DNA of 64,000 nucleotides from Myxococcota bacterium (GTDB taxonomy: Bacteria > Myxococcota_A > UBA796 > CAJQPC01). A program made the position numbers and the translations under genes. The stretch is from contig JAZAMN010000043.1 of NCBI GenBank assembly GCA_036229005.1, forward strand, positions 1-64,000. Reading direction: 5' to 3'. This document shows, piece after piece, positions 38,623 to 47,794 of this stretch (within the stretch, counting starts at the first letter, position 1; each line of letters opens with the position of its first letter). Under the pieces are notes generated by a model. It was given only the letters and a program-made list of their open reading frames with translations, was not told where the DNA came from and did no database searches.

Positions 38623-39540
38623 TCAGACCCAGTCGCGCGGCTCGCGCAGCGTCTGCATCAGCCTGTCCTCGTCGGAGCCAGGGGTGGGCGAGAAGTCCGT
38701 ACGGAAGCGGGCGTTGAGCGGTAGGGACATCAGCACCGACTCCACCCGGGCCCCTGTCCTCAACCCGAAGGTGGTGCCGCGATCCCACACCAGGTTGAAC
38801 TCGACGTAGCGCCCGCGCCGCTGGAGCTGCCAGTCGCGCTGGTCGTCGGTGAAGGGGGTGTCCTTGCGGCGCTCCAGGATGGGAAGGTAGCTCGGGTTGA
38901 ACGCCGACATGCAGCGATCCGCCAGAGAGAAGAGCTGCTGGGCTTCGCGGTCCCGGAGGTCGTCGTAGAAGATGCCGCCGATGCCGCGCGACTCGCCCCG
39001 GTGACGCAGGAAGAAGTAGTCGTCGCAGCGCTTCTTGAAGTCCGGGTAGAACGCCGGGTCCACGCCGTCGCAGGCCTCCTTGAGGTGGCCGTGGAAGTGC
39101 CGCGCGTCGTCCTCGTACAGGTAGCTGGGGGTCAGGTCCGCGCCGCCGCCGAACCACCAGGCCACGGGGGCGCCCTCCGGCCCGAGCTCGAAGTAGCGGT
39201 AGTTGGCGTGGACCGTGGGCGCGTGGGGGTTCCAGGGGTGGAGCACCAGGGAGACGCCGGTGGCGAAGAAGCGCCGCTCGTCGGAGTCGATGCCCTTGCC
39301 GCGCATGCTGGCGACCGCGGCCTCGGGGAGCACGCCGTGCACGGCGGAGGTGTTGACGCCGGCCTTCTCCAGGACCCGGCCGCCCTCCATGACCCGGGTG
39401 CGCCCGCCGCCGCCGCCCGGACGCTCCCAGTGGGTCTCCACGAAGCGGGTGCCGTCGAGGGCCTCCAGGGCCCCGGTGATCTCGTCCTGGGCCGCCTTGA
39501 CCCGCTCGTGCATCTGCGTGCGCATGATCCCGCTCACCAT
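38623..39540 (-). CDS. hemF: Oxygen-dependent coproporphyrinogen III oxidase
   Basis: EKAGVN, HPWNPHAPTVHANYRYF, WWFGGGADLTP, RRGRYVEFNL. Confidence 0.97.
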   Translation of the reverse strand: MVSGIMRTQMHERVKAAQDEITGALEALDGTRFVETHWERPGGGGGRTRVMEGGRVLEKAGVNTSAVHGVLPEAAVASMRGKGIDSDERRFFATGVSLVLHPWNPHAPTVHANYRYFELGPEGAPVAWWFGGGADLTPSYLYEDDARHFHGHLKEACDGVDPAFYPDFKKRCDDYFFLRHRGESRGIGGIFYDDLRDREAQQLFSLADRCMSAFNPSYLPILERRKDTPFTDDQRDWQLQRRGRYVEFNLVWDRGTTFGLRTGARVESVLMSLPLNARFRTDFSPTPGSDEDRLMQTLREPRDWV

Positions 39541-39620
39541 CCTTTGCCTGATTGTCCCTTAAGCCGCTTCGCGGGGGGGCGCGCAGTGGGCTATCAGGCG
39601 CGCGCACCCGGAGGCTCCCG

Positions 39621-40547
39621 ATGTCCGAGTTCAGCATCCCCGTCATTGACATGGCCCTGTTCGCCGATCCCGCCACCCGCCAGGGCTTCGTGGAGGACCT
39701 GGGCGCGGCCCTGTCCGAGGTCGGCTTCGTGGCCGTCTTGAACCACGGCATCGACAAGGACCTGCTGGCCAACAGCTACGAGAGCGCGGCCGAGGTGTTC
39801 GCGCTCCCCGACAGCGTCAAGCGCCAGTACGAGACCCCCGAGAACGGCCGCCAGCGCGGCTACACCAGCTTTGGCGTGGAGCACGCCAAGGACGTCGCGG
39901 CGCCCGACCTCAAGGAGTTCTGGCACGTGGGGCGCACCCTCGCCGCCGACCACCCCCTCCACGTGGCCGGCGATGTGCCCGCGAACCTCTTCCCCGCCGA
40001 GGTCCCCGCCTTCGGGGCCAACCTCACCGAGCTGTTCTCCCAGATGGAGGACTTCGCCAACCGGCTCCTGGTCGCGTTCGGTGACTACCTGGGGCTGCCC
40101 GCGGACTACTTCACCAAGCTGATCACCGACGGGAACTCCCTGGTCCGCATCATCAACTACCCCCCCGTCCCCGAGGGCTCCCTCCAGGGGATGGTGCGGG
40201 CGGCCGCGCACGAGGACATCAACCTCATCACCGTGCTGCCCTACGCCTCCAACCCCGGGCTGCAGATCCTCACCCGCGACGGCCAGTGGCTGGACGTGAC
40301 CACGCCCCCCGACGTGATGATCTGCGACACCGGCGACATGATGGCGCTGCTCACCAACGGCCAGGTCCCCTCCTGCACCCACCGCGTGGTGAACCCCGAC
40401 GGCGACGACGGCGGCCGCATGTCCATGCCCTTCTTCCTGCACCCCCACCCGGACAAGGTGCTGACCCCCTTCCGCGAGGGAGACGCAAAGCCGGTCAAGG
40501 CCCGCGACTTCCTGCACAAGCGGCTCAAGGAGATCGGCGTCGCGTGA
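39621..40547 (+). CDS. 2OG-Fe(II) oxygenase, isopenicillin N synthase family
   Basis: RAAAHEDIN (HxD), THRVVNP, RMSMPFFLHP; GGAGG RBS. Confidence 0.93.
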   Translation: MSEFSIPVIDMALFADPATRQGFVEDLGAALSEVGFVAVLNHGIDKDLLANSYESAAEVFALPDSVKRQYETPENGRQRGYTSFGVEHAKDVAAPDLKEFWHVGRTLAADHPLHVAGDVPANLFPAEVPAFGANLTELFSQMEDFANRLLVAFGDYLGLPADYFTKLITDGNSLVRIINYPPVPEGSLQGMVRAAAHEDINLITVLPYASNPGLQILTRDGQWLDVTTPPDVMICDTGDMMALLTNGQVPSCTHRVVNPDGDDGGRMSMPFFLHPHPDKVLTPFREGDAKPVKARDFLHKRLKEIGVA

Positions 40548-40556
40548 GGGGGGTCT

Positions 40557-40861
40557 GGGGGGCATCCACCCCTGAACGCCGCTTATCGGGGGGCATCCGC
40601 CCCTGAACGCCGCTTGGCGGGGGGCATCCGCCCCTGAACGCCGCTTGTCGGGGGGCATCCCGCTCTGAACGCCCGTTTTGGCGGCGGATCCGGCCGGATT
40701 GGGGGAGCCTTGGACCTGTACCCATCCTGGGCTGACAGGATTCCAGGCACTTGGCGCGCAGGCCTCCGAAGGGCGCGGGCATTCACCCCCGGATGCCCCC
40801 GCCCGGCGTGCGTTCGCCCCCGGATGCCCCCGCCCGGCGTGCGTTCACCCCCGGATGCCCC
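40557..40861. repeat. 31-bp-period inverted array, locus C (4 + 3 boxes)
   Basis: GGGGGGCATCC-N5-TGAACGC with TGAACGC at 40573, 40604, 40635, 40666; GCRTTCR-CCCCC-GGATGCCCC at 40779, 40810, 40841. Confidence 0.93.
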
Positions 40862-40864
40862 GGT

Positions 40865-41623
40865 TCAGAGCCCCTGAACCTGCTCGACCAACTCATCTTC
40901 GGACCACTCGTTGTCCGAGGCCGCCCAGATCACCTTGCCGTCCGCGTCGATCAGCAGGGTGCGCAGGTTGTGCAGGATGTCCTTCTCCTGCTGCTCGCGG
41001 GTCACGCCGGCGTAGACCAGCAGCTCCTGCAGCTCGGCCAGCTCCACCCGCCCAAATGTCCAGACTGCGGGGTCGGCGCCCTTGTCTTGGCCGTAGGCCT
41101 GGAGCACCTCCAGGCTGTCGTTCTCCGGGTCCAGGGTCACCGCCAGGATGGTGGCCTTGCCCTGGATTCCCTCCTGGACCTTTGCGAGCTTGAACGCCAG
41201 CAATGGGCAGTAGGCGGGGAGGGGGCAGCTCGTGAACAGGAAGGTCAGGATCACCGGGCCGTCCTGGCCCACGCCCACGACCTTCTCGCCCTGCAGGGTG
41301 GGCACCGTGTGCTTGGGGAAGGGCTCGCCGAGCTGCACCGGGCGGGCCTTGCCGACGGGCGCGTGCCCCGTGACCTTGAACCCGATGGCGCGCATGCCCT
41401 GCTCGGTGTTCATCAGGTTCGCGTTCACCACGTCCCCGGGCTGCACCTTGCGGGCCAGGTTCGGGTCGACGATGAAGCTGTCCCGACCAGGCTCCATCAC
41501 GCCTTCGACCCCCTGGTGCTCCAGGACCACGGCCGTGCCGCCGGCCTCCAGGACGGTGCCTTGGGTGGCGTGCACGTCGCCGCCGTAGAAGTTGCAGGCC
41601 ATCAGCAAGGACATGAGCATCAT
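40865..41623 (-). CDS. SCO family lipoprotein with N-terminal CusF-like copper-binding domain
   Basis: FTSCPLPAYCP, TLDPEND, ILHN; N-terminal H..V.GVM motif. Confidence 0.87.
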   Translation of the reverse strand: MMLMSLLMACNFYGGDVHATQGTVLEAGGTAVVLEHQGVEGVMEPGRDSFIVDPNLARKVQPGDVVNANLMNTEQGMRAIGFKVTGHAPVGKARPVQLGEPFPKHTVPTLQGEKVVGVGQDGPVILTFLFTSCPLPAYCPLLAFKLAKVQEGIQGKATILAVTLDPENDSLEVLQAYGQDKGADPAVWTFGRVELAELQELLVYAGVTREQQEKDILHNLRTLLIDADGKVIWAASDNEWSEDELVEQVQGL

Positions 41624-41656
41624 GGGGCCCGTCTAACACCGGGTTAGGGCGGGGGC

Positions 41657-42484
41657 ATGAGGCCTTGGCTGCTCGCACTGCTGACCCTCGCGCCGGCGCT
41701 GGCTGCCCGGGTCCCCGCGGGCTTCATGCCCGGGCGCATGGCGTCCCTGGAGCTGGAGCTTGAGCGGGGGCCCTGGCAGCCGCAGCTCGCGGCGGAGTAC
41801 GGCGTGGGGCTGGCGCTCCGAGGCCAGTGCCACCTGGCGGTCGCCTATCTGGAGCCCAGCACCGCGCCCCAGGCCCAGAACGCTCTGGCCGGGTGTCTGG
41901 CGCGCACCGGGTCCCCCGAGCAGGCGTTCTCTCTGCGGGAGGAGGGGCTGCGTAGCCGCTCTCAGGGTCAGGGGCTCACCCTCCTGGAGCTTGCGGAAGA
42001 CCAACTCCTGCTCGGCGATCTCCCCGCCGTCGAGGACACGCTGGCGTGGACCGACGCCTGGATTCCGGACTCCCGCCGGGCCATGGCCCTGCACGCCGAG
42101 CTGGCCATCGCGCAGGGGGATCTGGACGCCGCCCAGGGGTGGCTGCAGCTCGCCAGCGACCAGGGGGGGCTGCTGCCGGTGGAGTGCCTGCAGGCCCAGG
42201 CGCGGCTTGGTCTGCGCCAGGGTGACCTCGCCGAGGCCGGGGTGCTGCTGGATGTGGCGCGGGACCGGCGCCGGAGGGTGAGCCAGACCGCTGCGCTCAC
42301 CGCGGAGCTCCTCGTCCTCCAGGGAGACCCTGCGGGGGCGGTCGCGCTGCTTGAGCGGCCGCGTTGGGACCACGACTACAGCCCGGAGCTGGTGGCGGCG
42401 CGGGTCCAGGCGTGGGAGGCGCTGGGGGAGCCAGCCGAGGCTGCGGCCTGGAGGGCGCTCTTGGATACGCAGTTGGGGCTGTAA
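41657..42484 (+). CDS. Secreted TPR-like protein
   Basis: Signal peptide; helical repeats AQGDLDAA, RQGDLAEA, LQGDPAGA. Confidence 0.7.
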   Translation: MRPWLLALLTLAPALAARVPAGFMPGRMASLELELERGPWQPQLAAEYGVGLALRGQCHLAVAYLEPSTAPQAQNALAGCLARTGSPEQAFSLREEGLRSRSQGQGLTLLELAEDQLLLGDLPAVEDTLAWTDAWIPDSRRAMALHAELAIAQGDLDAAQGWLQLASDQGGLLPVECLQAQARLGLRQGDLAEAGVLLDVARDRRRRVSQTAALTAELLVLQGDPAGAVALLERPRWDHDYSPELVAARVQAWEALGEPAEAAAWRALLDTQLGL

Positions 42485-42538
42485 GGGTGGTCAGCGCAAA
42501 CCCGTTGGAATATCCACCGAGACCCTACGGAGAGCCAA

Positions 42539-43225
42539 ATGCGTCGTCTGCTGCTTCCTTCCTTCCTCACCGCCTTCGCTGGCCTGGCCCTGGCCTGTGG
42601 GATGGGCGATCGCGAGGAGCCCCAGGACACCTGGCTCGTGGCCGGGGACGCCGACACGGACGCTGACAGCGACTCCGACACGGACTCCGACTCCGACGCC
42701 GACTCGGACAGCGACGCGGACTCCGACTCGGACTCCGACTCGGACGCTGACTCCGACGCCGACAGCGACGCGGATTCGGACGCGGACAGCGACGCGGACA
42801 CGGATCCGGCGCCGACGACCTACATCGGGACGGAGCGGTTCCTCTACGCGCTGGCCCCGGAACCCGGCAAGTACGAATGCGACATGCGCTGGAAGACCGC
42901 CGGTGTGCCCGTGTCGCCTTGCTCGGGGTGCGAGTTCGCGTTCGAGATCGAGGGGGTGTTCCAGAAGGGCGTCAGCGTCGTCGACGACGCCTGCAGCGGC
43001 TTGGCCACCGACATGTCCTTCTACTACGGCTACCACCCCAGCTACGGCAGCTACGGGGAGGCGCTGCTCTACAGCACGGACGGGACCACCTGGGGGGTCA
43101 TCGCGACGGACGTGAGCCTGTCGGGCACCAAGTTCGACTACAGCTGGGGCTACGAGGACAGCCCCTACGGCGAGTACTACTACTACTACACCAACAAGTG
43201 GTCGGGCACCGCGACGGTCAAGTAG
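42539..43225 (+). CDS. Lipoprotein with D(S/A/T) dipeptide repeat tract and Tyr-rich domain
   Basis: LALAC lipobox; about 50-residue DSDADS tract; CSGC. Confidence 0.85.
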   Translation: MRRLLLPSFLTAFAGLALACGMGDREEPQDTWLVAGDADTDADSDSDTDSDSDADSDSDADSDSDSDSDADSDADSDADSDADSDADTDPAPTTYIGTERFLYALAPEPGKYECDMRWKTAGVPVSPCSGCEFAFEIEGVFQKGVSVVDDACSGLATDMSFYYGYHPSYGSYGEALLYSTDGTTWGVIATDVSLSGTKFDYSWGYEDSPYGEYYYYYTNKWSGTATVK

Positions 43226-43228
43226 CGC

Positions 43229-44317
43229 TCAGAACTCAAAGCCCGGCCCCCAGCCCACGCTGTATTCGGCCGCATCCTCGGCGCTGTACCCACCCTTGAG
43301 GTGCACCGACTCCGTGGACTCCACGTCGACCTGCACGGTCCTGCCGTCCTCCAGCGCCAGCTCCACCCGCTCGCCGGCCTGGACCCGCAGCAGCCTGGCG
43401 GGCGGCACGCCGACAACTTCCTGGCCCTGTGCCTGGACGATCAGGTCGCCCTCCTTGAGGCCGGCCTGGTCCGCTGGGGAGCCGGGGGTCACGTAGTCGA
43501 TGCGCCAGCCGCCGAGCTCTGCGTCCAGGCCCGGATTGGCGAGGGTGCGCATCAGGTTGATGCCCATCGCGACGTTCTGTTCGGGCAGCACCAGCTCCCC
43601 CAGGTCCCGGTCTCCGGGGCCGGCAGGGATGGGGACCTGCAGCGCGGAGTCGGGGCCCTGGATGTCCAGGATGCAGGCGCTCATGCTGCTGCGCTCGATG
43701 AAGAAGCCCTCGTCGTCGCTGTCCACCCGGCGTCCCCCGCAGCCGCTGATGCGCGCGGCCTCGACCACCTGGCCCTGGGTGTCGACCACCAGACCGTAGA
43801 GTCCGTAGGGGCCTTCGGCGGGCTCCAGCGGGGGGATGTGGCAGGCGCTGCTGCCGTCCTCGAAGACCTCCCAGGTGATCTCGACGGGCTTGTAGCCTTC
43901 GAGCTCCAGGGTGCCTTTGCTGTAGGGCTCTCGCGTGGCTCCAATGACGCGGAATCGGCCCTCGTCTCGAACGGTGAAGGTCAACTCCGAGAGCGGGACA
44001 CGCACCAGCCCCGAGGTCCCCCGCTGGACCCCAGGGGCGACGCACTGCAGCTCCCGGGCGAGCAGGGCGTCTACGGTGTTGAAGAGCTGCTCCTGTTCGG
44101 TGGGGGGCCGGTCAGGAGCTGTCGCGATGGCGTTCACGATCGTGGTTGCGACTTCGGTGCCGGAGCCAAGGGCTTGCCGACGCTCACTCTGGGGCAGTCG
44201 GTTGGTCGGATCTGCAGGCTCCTCTCTGGGCCGGATGGCGGCAACAGTGAGGAGCACTGCCACCATGCCCAACAGAAGTGCGGCCGCAGACCACAGCTTC
44301 TTGGATCGCGTTGCCAT
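43229..44317 (-). CDS. Membrane-anchored protein with carboxypeptidase-regulatory-like and PDZ domains
   Basis: GLVVDTQGQVVEAARI; VTPGSPADQAGLKEGDLI. Confidence 0.8.
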   Translation of the reverse strand: MATRSKKLWSAAALLLGMVAVLLTVAAIRPREEPADPTNRLPQSERRQALGSGTEVATTIVNAIATAPDRPPTEQEQLFNTVDALLARELQCVAPGVQRGTSGLVRVPLSELTFTVRDEGRFRVIGATREPYSKGTLELEGYKPVEITWEVFEDGSSACHIPPLEPAEGPYGLYGLVVDTQGQVVEAARISGCGGRRVDSDDEGFFIERSSMSACILDIQGPDSALQVPIPAGPGDRDLGELVLPEQNVAMGINLMRTLANPGLDAELGGWRIDYVTPGSPADQAGLKEGDLIVQAQGQEVVGVPPARLLRVQAGERVELALEDGRTVQVDVESTESVHLKGGYSAEDAAEYSVGWGPGFEF

Positions 44318-44326
44318 CGCTTCCTC

Positions 44327-44737
44327 CTAGTGGCCCAGGGTCAGCGACAACAGCTCTCTGCAGATGTTGTAGAGGCCCTGCATGTCCTCCAACTCCTCCA
44401 GTGCTGCGACGAGCGTGCGTGCTGCCGCTTCAGCTGCGGCCGGGTCCCTTTCTTCGAGGGCGTCTTCATAGGCTGCAAGGGCGTCTTGGGCCTTCTGGCG
44501 AGTGGTCTCGTACGCACGAATCGTCTCCGAGCAGAGCTTCCCGATGCTGAGGCCTCCCACCACGCCGGCTGTCTTCGACGCCGACAGCTCACAGTGCCCC
44601 TCAACTCCCACCAACTCCACCAGCTCTCCGAACTCCGCGTCCATCTCCCCACTGCTCACAGGCTCGGCCGCCTGCACAGTCCCGGTGAACACCACGCCAG
44701 CCAGCAGTACGCCGGCGACAGACAACATCTTCTTCAT
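44327..44737 (-). CDS. Hypothetical secreted helical protein
   Basis: MKKMLSVAGVLLAG...VQA signal peptide; purine-rich RBS; atypical codon usage. Confidence 0.65.
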   Translation of the reverse strand: MKKMLSVAGVLLAGVVFTGTVQAAEPVSSGEMDAEFGELVELVGVEGHCELSASKTAGVVGGLSIGKLCSETIRAYETTRQKAQDALAAYEDALEERDPAAAEAAARTLVAALEELEDMQGLYNICRELLSLTLGH

Positions 44738-44981
44738 CAGAATCCCCCCTCTCTCGAGGTGTTGCTGAGAGCCCTCCATTGGGCCCCGCTCAAGCAGTTT
44801 ACGCAGCATCCTGCCCTCCCATGTTCATGCTGCGAGGGGCAAGTGGAATCCTGTTGCTTGGTTTTATTGGAAAAACAAGGGTTATCGGAAAGTAATAGAT
44901 GCCTTGCCACAAGGATCTGCTCCACCAAGCCCCCGCAACCCAAGCCCCAGACCGTCCCGCCGCCGCGTTATCCACACCCCC

Positions 44982-45563
44982 GTGAACGCCACCGCCCCCG
45001 CGCCACGCCTGCACTTCACCGACCTCTTCAACGCGGCCGGTGCCCTCACCCTGGCGCGCATCCCGCTGGCCTTCGTGACCGCCTTCGTGATGCACGACCA
45101 CTTCTGGTTCGTCGCGGTGTTCGTGCTCGCCATGGGCAGCGACGTGCTGGACGGCCCGGTGGCCCGGTGGACGGGCAAGGGCTCGCGGGCGGGGGCCATC
45201 GCGGACGGCTGGGCCGACAAGATCTTCCTCATCAACTACGCCTGGTCCATGGAGATGATGGGCTACGCCGAGGGTTGGCACCTCTGGCTGTGGTTCCTCC
45301 GCGAGATCATCCAGGCCGCCACCATCCCCCTGGTCGCCCTGGACTACGCCTACCAGCGCAAGCCCTTCCCGCAGCCCCTCCCCGAGGGCCGCCTGGCCAC
45401 CCTCTGCATCGCCGTCGGGATGATGGCGGGGCTGGCCGGACTGGAGCCCGCCCGGGACCTGCTCACCCTCATCGGCGGGGGCATGGGGGCGGTCGCGGGG
45501 CTGCGCTATGTGGCGCGGGACCAGCCTTGGACACGCATTCGTCGCTGGCTTGCAAGGGGTTGA
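44982..45563 (+). CDS. CDP-alcohol phosphatidyltransferase family protein
   Basis: LTLARI, DVLDGPVARWTGKGSRAGAIADGWADK signature; start uncertain. Confidence 0.88.
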   Translation: MNATAPAPRLHFTDLFNAAGALTLARIPLAFVTAFVMHDHFWFVAVFVLAMGSDVLDGPVARWTGKGSRAGAIADGWADKIFLINYAWSMEMMGYAEGWHLWLWFLREIIQAATIPLVALDYAYQRKPFPQPLPEGRLATLCIAVGMMAGLAGLEPARDLLTLIGGGMGAVAGLRYVARDQPWTRIRRWLARG

Positions 45564-45629
45564 AACAGACCCGCCCTTGCCATCGGACCCGGGCGCAATA
45601 AGGGCCTGGGCTGCACTCGAGGGCCCCAC

Positions 45630-47699
45630 GTGTCTGCATCCCAGCACCCCATCGTCAAGGAGGAGATCAGCCTCCTGGACAAGATCCGCACCCAGCTCCT
45701 GGAGCGCCCCCCCAAGGAGGGCCCCTCGGAGAAGGACATCGTGGAGGAGCTGACCCGGCTCCGGGATGAGCTGCCCAACGCCAAGCAGGAGGACCTGGGC
45801 TCCCTCTTCCAGCAGTTCGACCAGCTCCACGCCCTGCTGCAGCAGCTCCGCGCCGCCCGCCGCACCGACGACGTCGACCCGGACAACCCCTACTTTGCCC
45901 ACATGCGCCTGCGGGAGGACGGCCGCGAGCGCAACCTCTACCTGGGCAAGGTCACCCGCATCGACCACGGCCTGCGCATCATCGACTGGCGCAACGCCCC
46001 CATCGCCCAGCTCTTCTACCGCTACCGCGAGGGCGATGAGTACGCGGAGGAGGTCGGCGACCGCATCCTGGAGGGCGAGATCGTCGCCCGCCGCAGCGTC
46101 TCCATCAACGGCGGCCAGCTCGAGCGCATCGACGCCCCCCAGGGCATCTTCTCCCGCCGCAACGGCGAGTGGGACCACCGCGACCCCTCCAAGGCGCGCC
46201 TGGCCGGCGGGCAGGGCTCCAGCCTGCTCAAGCACAACAACGCCACCGGCCGCACCATGGGCGGGACCGGCGCCAAGCACCGCCGCGACAAGCACCTGCC
46301 CGACATCGCCGCCCTGATCGACCAGGAGCAGTTCGAGCTCATCACCCGCCCCGACTCCGGGCTGGTCGTCATCCGCGGCATCGCCGGCTCCGGCAAGACC
46401 ACCGTGGCGCTGCACCGCGTGGCCTACCTGGCCTTCCAGGACCCCAAGCACTTCCACCCCAAGCGCATGATCATCGTCGTCTGGGGCCGGGCCCTGCGCG
46501 ACTACATCTCCAAGGTCCTGCCCTCCCTTGGCGTCGAAGGCGTCGAGGTCCACACCTGGGGCCGCTGGTCCCGCAAGCTGCGCGAGAAGCACTTCCCCTT
46601 CCTGCCCAAGAAGGTGGCCGAGGACACCCCCGAGATCGTCTCGCGCCTCAAGCTGCACCCCGCCTTCCTGGCGGTCATGGAGCACCAGATCGAGAGCGTG
46701 TCCAACCCGAGCAACGCCGATGGCGTGTTCGAGGACTTCCTGGGCATGTTCATGGATCTCGACAAGCTGGTGGAGATCATCGAGCGCAACAGCCCCGGCG
46801 CCTTCACCCGCAAGGAGCTGGAGCGCGCCTGGGACTGGGCCCGCCGCCAGCGCGCCCGCCTCACCGACTGGGTCTCCGGCGAGCGCGAGCAGCCCGCGTT
46901 CATGGACGAAGAGGACGACGCCCTGCTCCTGCGCCTCTGGCAGATGCGCGTGGGCCCTCTGCGCGGCCAGGGCAAGGCGCCGCTGCGCTACGCCCACATG
47001 GTCGTCGACGAGGTGCAGGACCTCTCCCCGCTGGAGGTCGCCGTCCTCATCGACACCCTGGACAAGCGCCACAGCATCACCCTCTCCGGCGACACCCAGC
47101 AGCACATCATCGAGCAGGCCGGGTTCACCGACTGGGAGAGCTTCCTGGGCCGCCTGGGCGTGCGCGGCAGCAGCGCCGTCAACACCCTGCGCGTGAGCTA
47201 CCGCTCCACCCACGAGATCACCAGCTTCGCCCGCAAGGTCCTGGGCCCCCTGGCCGAAGACGACGTCCCCCCCACCACCACCCGCCCCGGTGCCCCGGTC
47301 GAGCTCTTCCGCTTCACCGACCACGGCGCCTGCGTGGCCTTCCTGGCGGACGCCCTCTTCGAGCTCACCGTGCGCGAGCCCCTGGCCAGCATCGCGGTCA
47401 TCACCCCCTCCAAGGCCCTCTCGCACGTCTACGCGGACGGCCTGCGGCGCTCCGATCTGCCCCGCCTGCGGCAGGTCCAGGATCAGAAGTTCGCGTTCGC
47501 CCCCGGCATCGAGGTCGTCGAGATCTCCGAGGTCAAGGGCCTGGAGTTCGACTACGTCGTCCTGGTCGAGGTCAGCGCCAACCACTACCCCGACAACTCC
47601 CACGCCCGGCGCCTGCTCCACGTCGGCGCCACCCGCGCCGCCCACCAGCTCTGGCTCACCTGCGTCGGCTCCCCCAGCCCCATCGTCCGGGAGGACTGA
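45630..47699 (+). CDS. SF1 helicase-like ATPase, HelD-like
   Basis: PYFA, IIDWRNAPIAQLFY, GIAGSGKTTVALHRVAYL, VVDEVQD, GDTQQ, SYRST, KGLEFD. Confidence 0.88.
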   Translation: MSASQHPIVKEEISLLDKIRTQLLERPPKEGPSEKDIVEELTRLRDELPNAKQEDLGSLFQQFDQLHALLQQLRAARRTDDVDPDNPYFAHMRLREDGRERNLYLGKVTRIDHGLRIIDWRNAPIAQLFYRYREGDEYAEEVGDRILEGEIVARRSVSINGGQLERIDAPQGIFSRRNGEWDHRDPSKARLAGGQGSSLLKHNNATGRTMGGTGAKHRRDKHLPDIAALIDQEQFELITRPDSGLVVIRGIAGSGKTTVALHRVAYLAFQDPKHFHPKRMIIVVWGRALRDYISKVLPSLGVEGVEVHTWGRWSRKLREKHFPFLPKKVAEDTPEIVSRLKLHPAFLAVMEHQIESVSNPSNADGVFEDFLGMFMDLDKLVEIIERNSPGAFTRKELERAWDWARRQRARLTDWVSGEREQPAFMDEEDDALLLRLWQMRVGPLRGQGKAPLRYAHMVVDEVQDLSPLEVAVLIDTLDKRHSITLSGDTQQHIIEQAGFTDWESFLGRLGVRGSSAVNTLRVSYRSTHEITSFARKVLGPLAEDDVPPTTTRPGAPVELFRFTDHGACVAFLADALFELTVREPLASIAVITPSKALSHVYADGLRRSDLPRLRQVQDQKFAFAPGIEVVEISEVKGLEFDYVVLVEVSANHYPDNSHARRLLHVGATRAAHQLWLTCVGSPSPIVRED

Positions 47700-47794
47700 G
47701 CTCCCTTCTCCAGGGAAGTGCGGCGGGGGGGTTTACAACCTGCCTCGTCCCCACCACTCTGGGGTCAGGTCTGGGCAGGACCTGGAGGGGAGAA

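Noticed and set aside
42647..42805. GACTCC/GACAGC hexamer tract as a DNA repeat element
   Set aside because: It encodes a D-S/A/T dipeptide linker with synonymous variation.
45630..47699. Helicase as part of an anti-phage defence system
   Set aside because: Motifs fit HelD-like RNA polymerase-associated ATPases, codon usage is native, and no nuclease or defence partners are adjacent.
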